Source of the DNA: Thermoanaerobaculia bacterium
Lineage (GTDB): Bacteria > Acidobacteriota > Thermoanaerobaculia > Multivoradales > Multivoraceae
Direction: 5' to 3'
Length of the DNA: 64,000 nucleotides
Assembly (NCBI GenBank): GCA_963664405.1
Contig: OY761158.1
Coordinates: forward strand, 1,632,001-1,696,000
Below, piece by piece: positions 35,271-44,249 of this stretch (positions are counted from its first letter, which is position 1; each line of letters starts with the position of its first letter). The notes beneath the pieces are model-generated. The model did not search any database and was not told the DNA's origin. It worked only from the letters and a program-made list of their open reading frames with translations. The translations under genes were made by a program, and so were the position numbers.

Positions 35271-37964
35271 ATGAACGCAATCGCACGTAACTCATTTATC
35301 TGGATCTGTGCAATCGCTCTTTGCGCGTTGCCGCTATCGGCCGATGGTCCGCAGACAGGAACAATCGACGGCACCGTTACCGATGCTCAGGGCGGCGGTC
35401 TACCCGGAGTCACAGTAACGCTTACCGGACCTCAGAACACGAGGACCGAAATGACCGACGCCGAGGGCGATTACCGCTTCGCCCTGCTCCAGCCCGGGGC
35501 CTACACGGTGAACGCCAACCTGGAGGGCCTGGGCTCGGCCGAGCGCGCAGTCGCCCTCGAAATGGGGCAGCGCCAAGGCGTCGCTCTTACCTTGCAGGCA
35601 GCCACCTCCGAGACCATCACGGTCACCTCCGAGGCGGCGCTGATCTCCAAGTACGACACCGGCGCCACCTCTGCGATCCCGGAGGAGGCACTCGAGAACG
35701 TCTCCTTCACCACCCGCAACTACAACACGAGTGTCCAAATGCTGCCGGGCTTGGTAACCCGCAACCAGCAGAACGCTAGCCGCCCTTCAGTTAACGGAGG
35801 CATCCGCACCGAGATCGGTGTCTTCATCGACGGCGTCGACGTCAGCATGCCCCGTCGTGGCGGCGAGCTGCGCTTTCAGATCCCGTCGACCGTAATCACC
35901 AATACCCGGATGGAAACGTCGGGTTTCGCCTCCGAGTACGGCCGCGCCACCAGCGGTGTCATGAACTCGACGATCAAGACCGGCACCAACACCTTCCACG
36001 GCGACCTTCTCTATATCGGCCAGAACCCGAAGTGGCGGTCCGAGGACTGGCTCGGGATCGAGCGTCCTGACGATCAGATCAACAGCTTCGAGGCCGGCGT
36101 CGGTGGGCCGATCTGGCGCGACAAGGCCTGGTTCTTCGCTTCCTACAACGAACTGAATGACAACCGGCTCGACCGAACGCGTTCCGGCGACACATTCGAT
36201 GTCACGCGCACATCAGAACCGCTCATCGGCAAGGTGAACTTCACGCCCGGGAGCCGCCATCAGGTCGCGGTGACGTTGATCGACTCGCCGTCCTCAGCGG
36301 TCGGCGGTGCCGGGGGAAGCGGCGACCAGTACGCCGTCATGACCTTTCCGATCAACAACAGGATCCAGACCGGGACCTGGAGCTTCGCCATGACCAACTC
36401 CGCGTTCCTCGAAACCAAGCTGGCCAACCGCGAAGAGGTGGTGGGACGCAATGCTCACCCCCCCGCCCCGATCATCCCCGGCGTGTCTTTTGACGATCCC
36501 AACGGCAACGACTTCCGCTACCAAGATCTCGACGACGCTTTGCGATATAACGGTCCCTCGATACGCCTGGGCGCTGGGTTCAACGACTTTCCGCGCGATC
36601 AGGCGAATGCCTCGGTGACCCTGTTCAAGGGAAATCACGAGCTCAAGGGCGGCGTCGACTTCCAGGACGTCACTTTCAGCAACCTGACCAGCATCGAGAC
36701 CGAGTTTCGCGGCCGTGGTTTCTGCCGAGAGTGCACCGGAGGCTTCCTCGCGCCGTCCACCAAGCGGGTCTTCGAGCTCGGCCCCCCGGTCTCGATGAAT
36801 AGCCTGATGAGTGCAGCTTATGTCCAGGACCGGATGGAGGTCGGTGACAAGCTGACCTTCAACGTGGGGCTGCGCTACGACGAACAGTGGATCGACAACG
36901 ACCTCCTCGAGCGAGTCAACGAGTACAGCGAGTGGGCGCCGCGCGCAACCGTGGTCTACGACATCAACGCCGACGGCAAGATGCTGGTGCGCGGCAGCGT
37001 GGGGCGCTACTACCACAACATCGGCCTCGGTGTCGTCTTCCAGGAGTTCACCCGCGGCAACAACGGTGAGAACATCTACGACCAGTTCCTCTTTAACTCT
37101 GCGACGGGGTTTTACGACATCTTTCAGCGCCACGTCGAGCCGGTCGCGGGTAACGCTGTCTCGAACATCGTGCCCCACTACAAAGACGAGGCGTCGTTGG
37201 GCTTCGACTGGCAGTTCGCCGACAACTGGGTCTTCACCTCGCGCCTCACCGTAAGCGAGATTGACAACATCTTCAGCGCCAGCCTTCAGTACGACGAAGC
37301 TGGCGCAGTCGTCCGCGATCTGCGCAACTGGCCCAACAACACACGTGAGCATACGGGTCTCGTGTTGGCGGCCAACCGAGCGTTTCGTAACAACTGGTCG
37401 GTGCAGGCCAACGTGAGTTTTCTCGACACCCCTGGCACCATCGAATCCGCCAACGACAATGACGATCACAATGAAGGCTTCGGTGGCTGCACACTGCCGG
37501 GAGGAGCTGGCCTTTGCAACATCACCAGCACATCCCTTTGGGACGGAGCGCTCGGGGTGGACAGGGACTACTTGATCAACCTCGTCGGCATGAAGCGTTG
37601 GGCGTTCGGCAAGCATGACGTCATGACCAGCGCTTTCTTCCACTATTCCTCCGGTGAGGCCTGGGGATTGTGGCCCAGCGACAATGTCTTTCACCCGGTG
37701 TCCGGACAGAGAATCCGTACTACGGGTCCCACCGAAGCGAGGGACGCCAATAGCCTCGAGGACTATTTCACCCTCAACTTGAATGCCACCTACCAGTTCC
37801 CGATCGGGGGTAAGTTTCAGGGCATTATCGGCGCTGAGGCCTCCAACATCACCGACGAGTCGGACCAGACCCGCGTCAACATACGGAACGGCAACCCGAA
37901 TAACACGGTCGATGCTTTCACTTTGCCGCGGGAGTTCCGCCTCAAGCTCGGTCTCCGGTTCTAA
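35271..37964 (+). CDS. TonB-dependent receptor, Oar-like (TBDR3)
   Basis: GGAGG SD, SA-DGPQTG, PRRGGELRF, IKTGTNTFHG, C-terminal LGLRF. Confidence 0.93.
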   Translation: MNAIARNSFIWICAIALCALPLSADGPQTGTIDGTVTDAQGGGLPGVTVTLTGPQNTRTEMTDAEGDYRFALLQPGAYTVNANLEGLGSAERAVALEMGQRQGVALTLQAATSETITVTSEAALISKYDTGATSAIPEEALENVSFTTRNYNTSVQMLPGLVTRNQQNASRPSVNGGIRTEIGVFIDGVDVSMPRRGGELRFQIPSTVITNTRMETSGFASEYGRATSGVMNSTIKTGTNTFHGDLLYIGQNPKWRSEDWLGIERPDDQINSFEAGVGGPIWRDKAWFFASYNELNDNRLDRTRSGDTFDVTRTSEPLIGKVNFTPGSRHQVAVTLIDSPSSAVGGAGGSGDQYAVMTFPINNRIQTGTWSFAMTNSAFLETKLANREEVVGRNAHPPAPIIPGVSFDDPNGNDFRYQDLDDALRYNGPSIRLGAGFNDFPRDQANASVTLFKGNHELKGGVDFQDVTFSNLTSIETEFRGRGFCRECTGGFLAPSTKRVFELGPPVSMNSLMSAAYVQDRMEVGDKLTFNVGLRYDEQWIDNDLLERVNEYSEWAPRATVVYDINADGKMLVRGSVGRYYHNIGLGVVFQEFTRGNNGENIYDQFLFNSATGFYDIFQRHVEPVAGNAVSNIVPHYKDEASLGFDWQFADNWVFTSRLTVSEIDNIFSASLQYDEAGAVVRDLRNWPNNTREHTGLVLAANRAFRNNWSVQANVSFLDTPGTIESANDNDDHNEGFGGCTLPGGAGLCNITSTSLWDGALGVDRDYLINLVGMKRWAFGKHDVMTSAFFHYSSGEAWGLWPSDNVFHPVSGQRIRTTGPTEARDANSLEDYFTLNLNATYQFPIGGKFQGIIGAEASNITDESDQTRVNIRNGNPNNTVDAFTLPREFRLKLGLRF

Positions 37965-38002
37965 GCACACCGAGACATAAATCGGTTTAGCTCAGATCCC
38001 AA

Positions 38003-38035
38003 GGCACCGGCGGCTTCGGCCGCCGGTGTTTTTTT
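38003..38035 (+). terminator. Rho-independent terminator
   Basis: CACCGGCGGC-TTCG-GCCGCCGGTG hairpin followed by a T7 run. Confidence 0.88.
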
Positions 38036-38494
38036 ATGTTCGAGAGGAGTCGACGTTATCTCGTGGCGGCGGCTCTGATCGGCAGCGTCATCTCTTCGTC
38101 GAGTGAGAAGTCGGCTTGTGCTCGGACGAGACTGACTTAGCAGCGGCGCGTGAAGCGCCAGCTTTCGGCACGCAGCGCTTCGGTGAGGAAACCGTTGGCT
38201 GAGGATCTTTCGAGCTCCTGGCGCGTGTAGGCAAAGAGATCCCGGCAGCCTTCGGCTGCCAAGGTGCCAGCCGAACATTCTGCCCTGCATTCGGGGAGGG
38301 ATTTGCAGCCGAGCGGTCAGCCCGCAGGGCTGATCGCGAACGCCCAAGATCCCGCTGGGGCTACCTGGGTGCAGGTTTCAGCCGGGTTGATGCGAAGAAC
38401 CAGAGGAGAGAATCGGGGATCTTCTGTTGGTACACCTCCACGTTTTCTCATCCCCCTCATCTTCGGACCTCTGGACTCCGATACAATGCTCCCG

Positions 38495-38704
38495 ATGAGC
38501 GAGTTGGTATTCGAGGTGACCCAGGAGGGAGATGGGGGCTTCGTCGCTGAGTGTCTGACGGAACCGATCTTCACTCAAGCCGACAGCTGGGAAGAACTCC
38601 GGCGCAACGCCCGCGAGGCCGTGAGTGCCTTCTTCGATGAGTCGAAGTGCCCCACCTCGATCCGACTTCATCTCGTGCGCGACGAAGTGCTCGCAACTGG
38701 ATGA
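38495..38704 (+). CDS. hicB: HicB-like antitoxin
   Basis: FEVTQEGDGGFVAECLTEPIFTQADSWEELRRNAREAV; ATGA overlap with hicA. Confidence 0.75.
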   Translation: MSELVFEVTQEGDGGFVAECLTEPIFTQADSWEELRRNAREAVSAFFDESKCPTSIRLHLVRDEVLATG

Positions 38705-38940
38705 AGCTCCCGCGGGATCTCAGCGGCGAGCGTCTGATCCGAGCGCTCTGCAAGCACTGGGACTATCGCCGCGTCCACCAGGTAGGTAGCCACGTAATCT
38801 TGGAGACCGACGAGCCTTCACGCCAACGTATCGTGGTGCCCGCCCACAAGGTCCTCCGGGTGGGCACGCTGAACGCAATCCTGAGGTCCGTAGCGGCGCA
38901 CAAGGGAGACTCGCGAGACAAGATCCTCGCGACCTTCTAG
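38701..38940 (+). CDS. hicA: HicA family toxin
   Basis: MKLPRDLSG...QVGSHVIL...[16 protein letters not shown]. Confidence 0.85.
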   Translation: MKLPRDLSGERLIRALCKHWDYRRVHQVGSHVILETDEPSRQRIVVPAHKVLRVGTLNAILRSVAAHKGDSRDKILATF

Positions 38941-38984
38941 AGGAACGCTGAGCACGACCAGAACTCGCGCGATCTGCTCGGAGA

Positions 38985-39140
38985 GACTGCCGCCAGACCC
39001 TCCCAATGAGCCTGCAGGAACGTCTTCCACGGCGTCCGCCGGCTCCGCTCAGGAGCCGGCTCGATCCCATGGTCTTGCAGGATCCTCTTGACCGTGTTGC
39101 GAGCGATCTTGTGACCGAGGTTAGCGAGTGCCCCACGCAC
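38985..39140 (-). pseudogene. Integrase-core/IS transposase fragment
   Basis: [37 protein letters not shown] resembles the linker preceding rve domains; no start and no catalytic domain. Confidence 0.65.
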
Positions 39141-39224
39141 TACTCGTTCCCGATCAAGGGTTCGTGGCAGGGCGTTATCGGCGCCGAGGCCTCCAACATA
39201 ACCGACGAGGGCGTTCAGACCGGT
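39138..39224 (+). pseudogene. C-terminal fragment of a fifth TBDR paralog
   Basis: [23 protein letters not shown] vs TBDR3 [23 protein letters not shown]. Confidence 0.75.
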
Positions 39225-39254
39225 ACGGCCTCGACGACTGGCCTGCGCTGCTCA

Positions 39255-39674
39255 TCAACGGTCGAGGGTACCGGGTGCTGCGACCCATTCTGTGGGCTGG
39301 CCGGTGACCTTGGCGATCCGCTCGTAATCATCGTCGTAGTGCAGCACCGTCAGGTTGGCGCTCTCCGCCGTCGCGGCGACAACAAGATCCACCGGCTTTG
39401 CTCCGCGCTGGAGGCCGGCGCCGGCCATGAGACCGGCGACATGGAGGGCGCGGTTCAAGACCTCTGGAGTGATCACTGCCTCGGGCAGCGCCAACCTCTC
39501 GCTGATGACCTCGGGAACGTCGCCAGACCGCGATCCGTACACCACCACGAGGTCGAGAAGGCGGCAGCCGAAGAGGCGTCCGACTTCGGCCAACTCCTGG
39601 AGCCGAGAACCGACAGCGCTCTGAGGCGCGCGCGCTAGAACAGAAGTGTCGACCAAGTAACTCGGCTCAGCCAT
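39255..39674 (-). CDS. vapC: VapC PIN toxin
   Basis: YLVDTSVL, VDLVVAATAE, LHYDDDYERIA..TGQPTEW. Confidence 0.88.
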   Translation of the reverse strand: MAEPSYLVDTSVLARAPQSAVGSRLQELAEVGRLFGCRLLDLVVVYGSRSGDVPEVISERLALPEAVITPEVLNRALHVAGLMAGAGLQRGAKPVDLVVAATAESANLTVLHYDDDYERIAKVTGQPTEWVAAPGTLDR

Positions 39675-39885
39675 GATCGGTCAAGCGCGGTTTACGAGCC
39701 TCCTCGATCCGATCGAGATCGAGGGAGCCCGGTCGGCGCAGACGTTCTATGTGGGCGACCGCCGTCTGACGATCGACCACGCTGCGTAACGCAATCTCGA
39801 TCGTGGCCCGAATCGTGCCCGCCCGAGTGGCACTACGAGCCCTCTCCAGCAGCTCGTCGTCGATCTCAACCAGTCGCTTCGTCAC
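39667..39885 (-). CDS. vapB: VapB antitoxin
   Basis: MTKRLVEIDDELLERA; overlaps vapC; GTATATA/TATATAC inverted repeat at 39893..39921. Confidence 0.8.
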   Translation of the reverse strand: MTKRLVEIDDELLERARSATRAGTIRATIEIALRSVVDRQTAVAHIERLRRPGSLDLDRIEEARKPRLTDHG

Positions 39886-39954
39886 GAAGGGAGTATATAC
39901 CTAACACCGATTCATATATACCGCTCAGACGAGTTAGCCGTTTTCCTTGCCTGG

Positions 39955-40593
39955 ACCGACGTCCGCGACATCGTCAACGTAGGCGATCTCGACGCCTTCG
40001 GTCGCTTCGTGAGACTGTGTGCGGGGCGCAACGGCCAGCTCTTGAACCTCTCTTCGCTGGCCAACGACTGCGGGATTACCCACACAACCACAAGAAGGTG
40101 GCTGTCCATTCTCGAAGCGAGCTTCGTCGTCCGCCTTCTTCGCCCACACCATGCGAACTTCTCGAAGCGGCTGATCAAGAGCCCGAAGCTCTACTTTCTG
40201 GATTCCGGACTCTTGTGCTACGGCACGATGGGCCGCTACCACCACCAGGTGCACGACAAGGAAGTGTTGAAAGTCGGAATGAATGTGCACCAGATGCCCG
40301 CGGAGCAGGACACGCTGCTGCGCGATATCAGCGAAGAGAAGATCGAACCGCTGTTCGATCGAGTTAAGGAAATATCGGCTTACCGCGACAAGCGCGATCA
40401 GAAACCGTTGCTGGACTCGTTTCAGCGATTGCACGACGTCGTGCAGACCGACGAGAACATGCTTGAAGCGGTGCTCGAGTGCACGCTGGCCGGGGCAACC
40501 ATGGGTGAGATTGCCGGCATTCTCCGTCAGGCCTGGGGCACACCCTATGACCCCTACGGTCATCTCGAGTCGCCCATCGGAAGTGCGCAATGA
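39955..40593 (+). pseudogene. In-frame chimera: internal AAA/DUF4143 fragment fused to the C-terminal end of an acyl-CoA mutase large subunit
   Basis: DVRDIVNVGDL...KRLIKSPKLYFLDSGLLCY, then (from about 40220) KVGMN...ENMLEAVLECTLAGATMGEI. Confidence 0.72.
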
Positions 40594-40994
40594 ATCCGAT
40601 TCGTGTGCTGGTTGGCGTGCTGGGTATGGACCAGCACGAACTGGGCGCAGTTGGCATCGCCAAGATGCTTCGCGACCAGGGTATGGAGGTGATCTATACC
40701 GGTTGCTTCAATACCCCGGAGACCATCGTGCAGACTGCCATTGAAGAAGACGCGGATGTCATCGGCATCAGCTCTCATTCCTGGGAGTATCTGTATTACA
40801 CACCCGAACTACTCGAGCTGCTGAAACAGAACGACCTCGATGTGCCCGTGGTTCTCGGTGGTTCGGTCATTACCGAGGAGGACGCCGGGAAGATGCTCGA
40901 CAAGGGTGTCGCAGCAGTATTCGGATCCGGTAGCGTAGTGACCGACATGATCGATACCGTCAGAAATCTGGCGGCCCGTGCCGCGACGTCCTGA
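40590..40994 (+). CDS. Cobalamin-binding small subunit of an acyl-CoA mutase (methylmalonyl/isobutyryl-CoA mutase-type)
   Basis: DQHELG (DxHxxG), GMEVIYTG, EEDADVIGISS, LGGSVI. Confidence 0.88.
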   Translation: MNPIRVLVGVLGMDQHELGAVGIAKMLRDQGMEVIYTGCFNTPETIVQTAIEEDADVIGISSHSWEYLYYTPELLELLKQNDLDVPVVLGGSVITEEDAGKMLDKGVAAVFGSGSVVTDMIDTVRNLAARAATS

Positions 40995-41979
40995 GCCCAC
41001 AGTCGACGAATTGGTTGCCGGCACGATTCGCGGCGACCTTCGTTCGGCGTCGCGGCTCATCCGGATTATTGACGACGGCAGCGCGCTCGCGTGGGACGCG
41101 CTGAAGCGACTGTTCCCGCATTCCGGGTCAGCGCTCGTCCTTGGTATCACCGGTCCTCCCGGTGCAGGCAAAAGCACCCTTACTGATTGCCTAATCCGAA
41201 ATGCGCGGCAGTCCGGAAAAACCGTGGGCGTGCTCGCTGTCGATCCCAGCAGCCCCATTTCTGGCGGCGCGATTCTAGGCGATCGCATTCGCATGAATCG
41301 CTTTGCGCTGGATCAGGAAGTGTTTATCCGCTCGCTCGCCAGCCGGGGTCATTTTGGCGGGATCACACCCGCGACTCGCGGTGCCATACGCGTCATGGAT
41401 GCGATGGGTAAAGACGTAGTTCTGGTCGAGACAGTCGGTGTCGGGCAAGACGAAGTCGACATCACTCGCCTTGCGCACACGACGCTCGTAGTCGCAGTTC
41501 CGGGGCTCGGCGACGAGATCCAGGCAATGAAGGCCGGCATCCTCGAAGTCGGCGACCTCTTTATCGTGAATAAAGCGGACCGTCCAGACGCTGACAAAAC
41601 GGTCGCCTATCTCGAGAACGTCTTCCGTCGGGTCCCGGCAGGTCATTGGTGCCCCCCGGTGATCGAGGCCCAGGCGTTGCACAACAAAGGCATCGAGGAC
41701 ATCTGGCAGGCGATCGTTCAACATCAGAACCACCGCGAGGAGGCTGGCCCGGCACAGCGCGCGCGCGAGCACGCTAATTGCGAGGTTGAATTAAGGGCCT
41801 TTCTTCAACAAGGGCTTCAGCGCGAACTGGCAAGACAACTCGACAACGAGCCCGAGATCCAGAAGTCGGTGCAGAGCATCCTCGATGGACAGGCCGACAT
41901 CTATGCGGCCACGGACGACATCCTCGGCAAACTCGGGCTGTTCCGCGAAGACACGAGCGAGCAGCGGAGTGCGAGGTAG
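40978..41979 (+). CDS. meaB: MeaB/ArgK G-protein chaperone of B12 mutases
   Basis: GITGPPGAGKST, LAVDPSSP.SGGAILGDRIRM, VETVGVGQDE, GDEIQAMKAG, VNKAD. Confidence 0.92.
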   Translation: MPRRPEPTVDELVAGTIRGDLRSASRLIRIIDDGSALAWDALKRLFPHSGSALVLGITGPPGAGKSTLTDCLIRNARQSGKTVGVLAVDPSSPISGGAILGDRIRMNRFALDQEVFIRSLASRGHFGGITPATRGAIRVMDAMGKDVVLVETVGVGQDEVDITRLAHTTLVVAVPGLGDEIQAMKAGILEVGDLFIVNKADRPDADKTVAYLENVFRRVPAGHWCPPVIEAQALHNKGIEDIWQAIVQHQNHREEAGPAQRAREHANCEVELRAFLQQGLQRELARQLDNEPEIQKSVQSILDGQADIYAATDDILGKLGLFREDTSEQRSAR

Positions 41980-42059
41980 CGACAGCCCTGAATTCTAGGA
42001 CTGCGAGTTGGGTGAGCTCCAATCGAGATCGTTGGCAGCTCTTATATCAGTTCCGTAGG

Positions 42060-43916
42060 CTAGGGAACGTACCAGATGGGGGACGACCAGGCACGCTCCA
42101 GGATGGTGGGAGGCAGGCGGGGATTCGGCGGCGTTCCCGCCCGGATAGCATCCCAGGTCGACCAGCGGCAGGTGGGATTCTGCAGCACGCGAACATAGTA
42201 GAACGCGCGTTGCCCAGGGTCGAAGTCGGGGTCCTGCCAGAGCGCTTCGAGCTCCGCAGCACCCTGACCTTCATTCGTCGCGCAGGTGCTCAGATCGACC
42301 TTGGCCCCGTTGTCGGGGCAGCGGTGGGTGTCGTCCGGGGTCGAGCCATCGGAGCAGGCTGCGTCGTAGACCCGCTCCTGCTTCGCACCGTCTGCTGTCC
42401 ATCCCTTGATCACTTGCAGTCGAGCAAGGGGAGCCGCGGTCGGATCCCTGGTAGCCCACAACAGAAAGCGCGGAGCTCGTTGCTCGCCATCGGCCATCAG
42501 GTCTCCTCCCATGGGGACGCCGTCGGCGTAGGCCTTGGTGAGCCCGTCTGATCCAGCCAGCGTCGTCTGGTCGAGGTCGTAGCCGGCGAAGAAGCGGACC
42601 CGCATGCGAGGGCCGGTGGTGGCAAAGGTCTCCTTCCGTTGGAAGGCGCGAAAGATGTCCTCTCTGGTGTTCGATTCGGCCCACACGGCGGCCAGGCCCG
42701 AGGCACCCCAGTACTGTCCGCTCCCGTCGTTGTACTCGCCGGTTTCGGCCCGAGGAACCGACCCTCGCTGCTCCGGCGTTATGTCCAACAGGCCGGCCTT
42801 GCTCCAGTAATCCTCTTCCCGAAACGATCCGGCTGCATTGTGGGTATCCGAGGAGCCGATGAGGCCGAAGCGAAAGGGATTGAAGCCCTGCTCCTCTTCC
42901 ATGGCCAGGCCGTTCAGATAGGCATCGCGTACGTAGCTGCCCTGGGGCTTGCTCGGAGAGTCATTGCCGATGGTCCCTTCGATGATCCCGAAGTCAGCCC
43001 ACTCGTCGTTCGGAGACAAGAGCGGATGCGTGTCAGAGGTGCCCTTGACCTGGGTTACCTCGACCAGCGGCTCGTTTCGCATCCGCTGCTCGGCGTAGGC
43101 CTGGTCGAAGGCATTGCCTTCTCTGTCGGTCAACTTGAACATCCATCCGTCTGAGCCGTTGGAGTTGTGGGGGATCGCCAGAGAGTCGATGCCCTGCTCG
43201 CGCTGCTGGTCCATCCAGTCCCACAGCTTCTCCGGGTTGTTCTTGGCGTCAATTCGACTGAAAGGAATGCTCGGCACATTCGAGCCAGGGAAGATCACGT
43301 TTCGATGTAGGTTCTCCCCTCTGGGACCGCCGGCAGTGAACTCGTAGGCGATGAGGGTGGTGAAAGTGCCTGGATCGTTGTGGCGCTCAGCGGCCGCGAT
43401 GATCTCCCGCCATGCGCTCTTTACGACGCCGAGATCGAGCAGGTCGTCCGGATCGAGATATCCTCTCTGACGCGGCACCACTTCCCGGAAAACGGCGGTG
43501 CGATCCTCGGGCGTTTCGGCGCTTCGGAGTGCGATCGACAGCGGATGTCGGCCAACCTCGGAATCGGGGTTGTCCATCTGTTCGAACATGCCCAGGTAGG
43601 TGGCATGGTCGGAGACCGCGAGGAAGTCGAGCGGGGCCTCGAGGCGCATCTCGATTCCGGCTGCGTGAGTCAGCGCTTCTCCCTTGGCGAACCTGTATGC
43701 GTCGTCCGGATCGTTGCGGGTGCCGTAGATGTAGGCGTCGAAGGAGTAGCTGGTGTGGACGTGAAGGTCGCCGAAGTAGGCGTTTCGAGTCGATGATCTC
43801 TGCTCCATCGGAGCGGTCTCTTCGCTGGCTCGAGCCGGGACCTCGGTAGGTTCATCCGCACAACCGAGAGACAGGAGAAGAAAAGCTGTCAGCCAGACAC
43901 CGCTACGCGCACACAT
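42060..43916 (-). CDS. DUF3604 domain lipoprotein
   Basis: LSLGC lipobox, YFGDLHVHT, VSDH, NLHRN, IPHNSNGS, IGSSDTH, ERAWSSPIWY. Confidence 0.9.
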   Translation of the reverse strand: MCARSGVWLTAFLLLSLGCADEPTEVPARASEETAPMEQRSSTRNAYFGDLHVHTSYSFDAYIYGTRNDPDDAYRFAKGEALTHAAGIEMRLEAPLDFLAVSDHATYLGMFEQMDNPDSEVGRHPLSIALRSAETPEDRTAVFREVVPRQRGYLDPDDLLDLGVVKSAWREIIAAAERHNDPGTFTTLIAYEFTAGGPRGENLHRNVIFPGSNVPSIPFSRIDAKNNPEKLWDWMDQQREQGIDSLAIPHNSNGSDGWMFKLTDREGNAFDQAYAEQRMRNEPLVEVTQVKGTSDTHPLLSPNDEWADFGIIEGTIGNDSPSKPQGSYVRDAYLNGLAMEEEQGFNPFRFGLIGSSDTHNAAGSFREEDYWSKAGLLDITPEQRGSVPRAETGEYNDGSGQYWGASGLAAVWAESNTREDIFRAFQRKETFATTGPRMRVRFFAGYDLDQTTLAGSDGLTKAYADGVPMGGDLMADGEQRAPRFLLWATRDPTAAPLARLQVIKGWTADGAKQERVYDAACSDGSTPDDTHRCPDNGAKVDLSTCATNEGQGAAELEALWQDPDFDPGQRAFYYVRVLQNPTCRWSTWDAIRAGTPPNPRLPPTILERAWSSPIWYVP

Positions 43917-44249
43917 AGTCTTCTCGTTTCTCTTCGGTTCTATGACCGGAGTGGATGCGATCTGTTCTCGGGGAGCCCCCATCCTAACGCGGTCTGCACG
44001 CTACAGTTGGCGCCGAACGATCACCAATAGAATTCGACGCCTCTGTCAAGGTTACCCCGCGGGTCGGATGAGGAGATGCAGTTGCAGCGGGATTACGCGG
44101 AGCGAGTGCGCTCGCCTAGGCTGATCGTGGATCGGATCCGAGAGTCCGCGGTATGCTTAGGACATGGGAGCTGCGTCTGATACCTGGCAGGACTTCATTG
44201 CTGTCGATCCAGCGAAATGCCACGGACGGGTCTGCATACGGGGTCCTCT

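Noticed and set aside
38040-38480. Possible ncRNA or riboswitch (e.g. cobalamin) near TBDR3
   Set aside because: No recognisable conserved riboswitch core here or in the TBDR leaders; an Rfam scan would be needed
30645-39921. Integron cassette array explaining the TA cluster
   Set aside because: No intI, no recognisable attC sites, and mixed gene orientations
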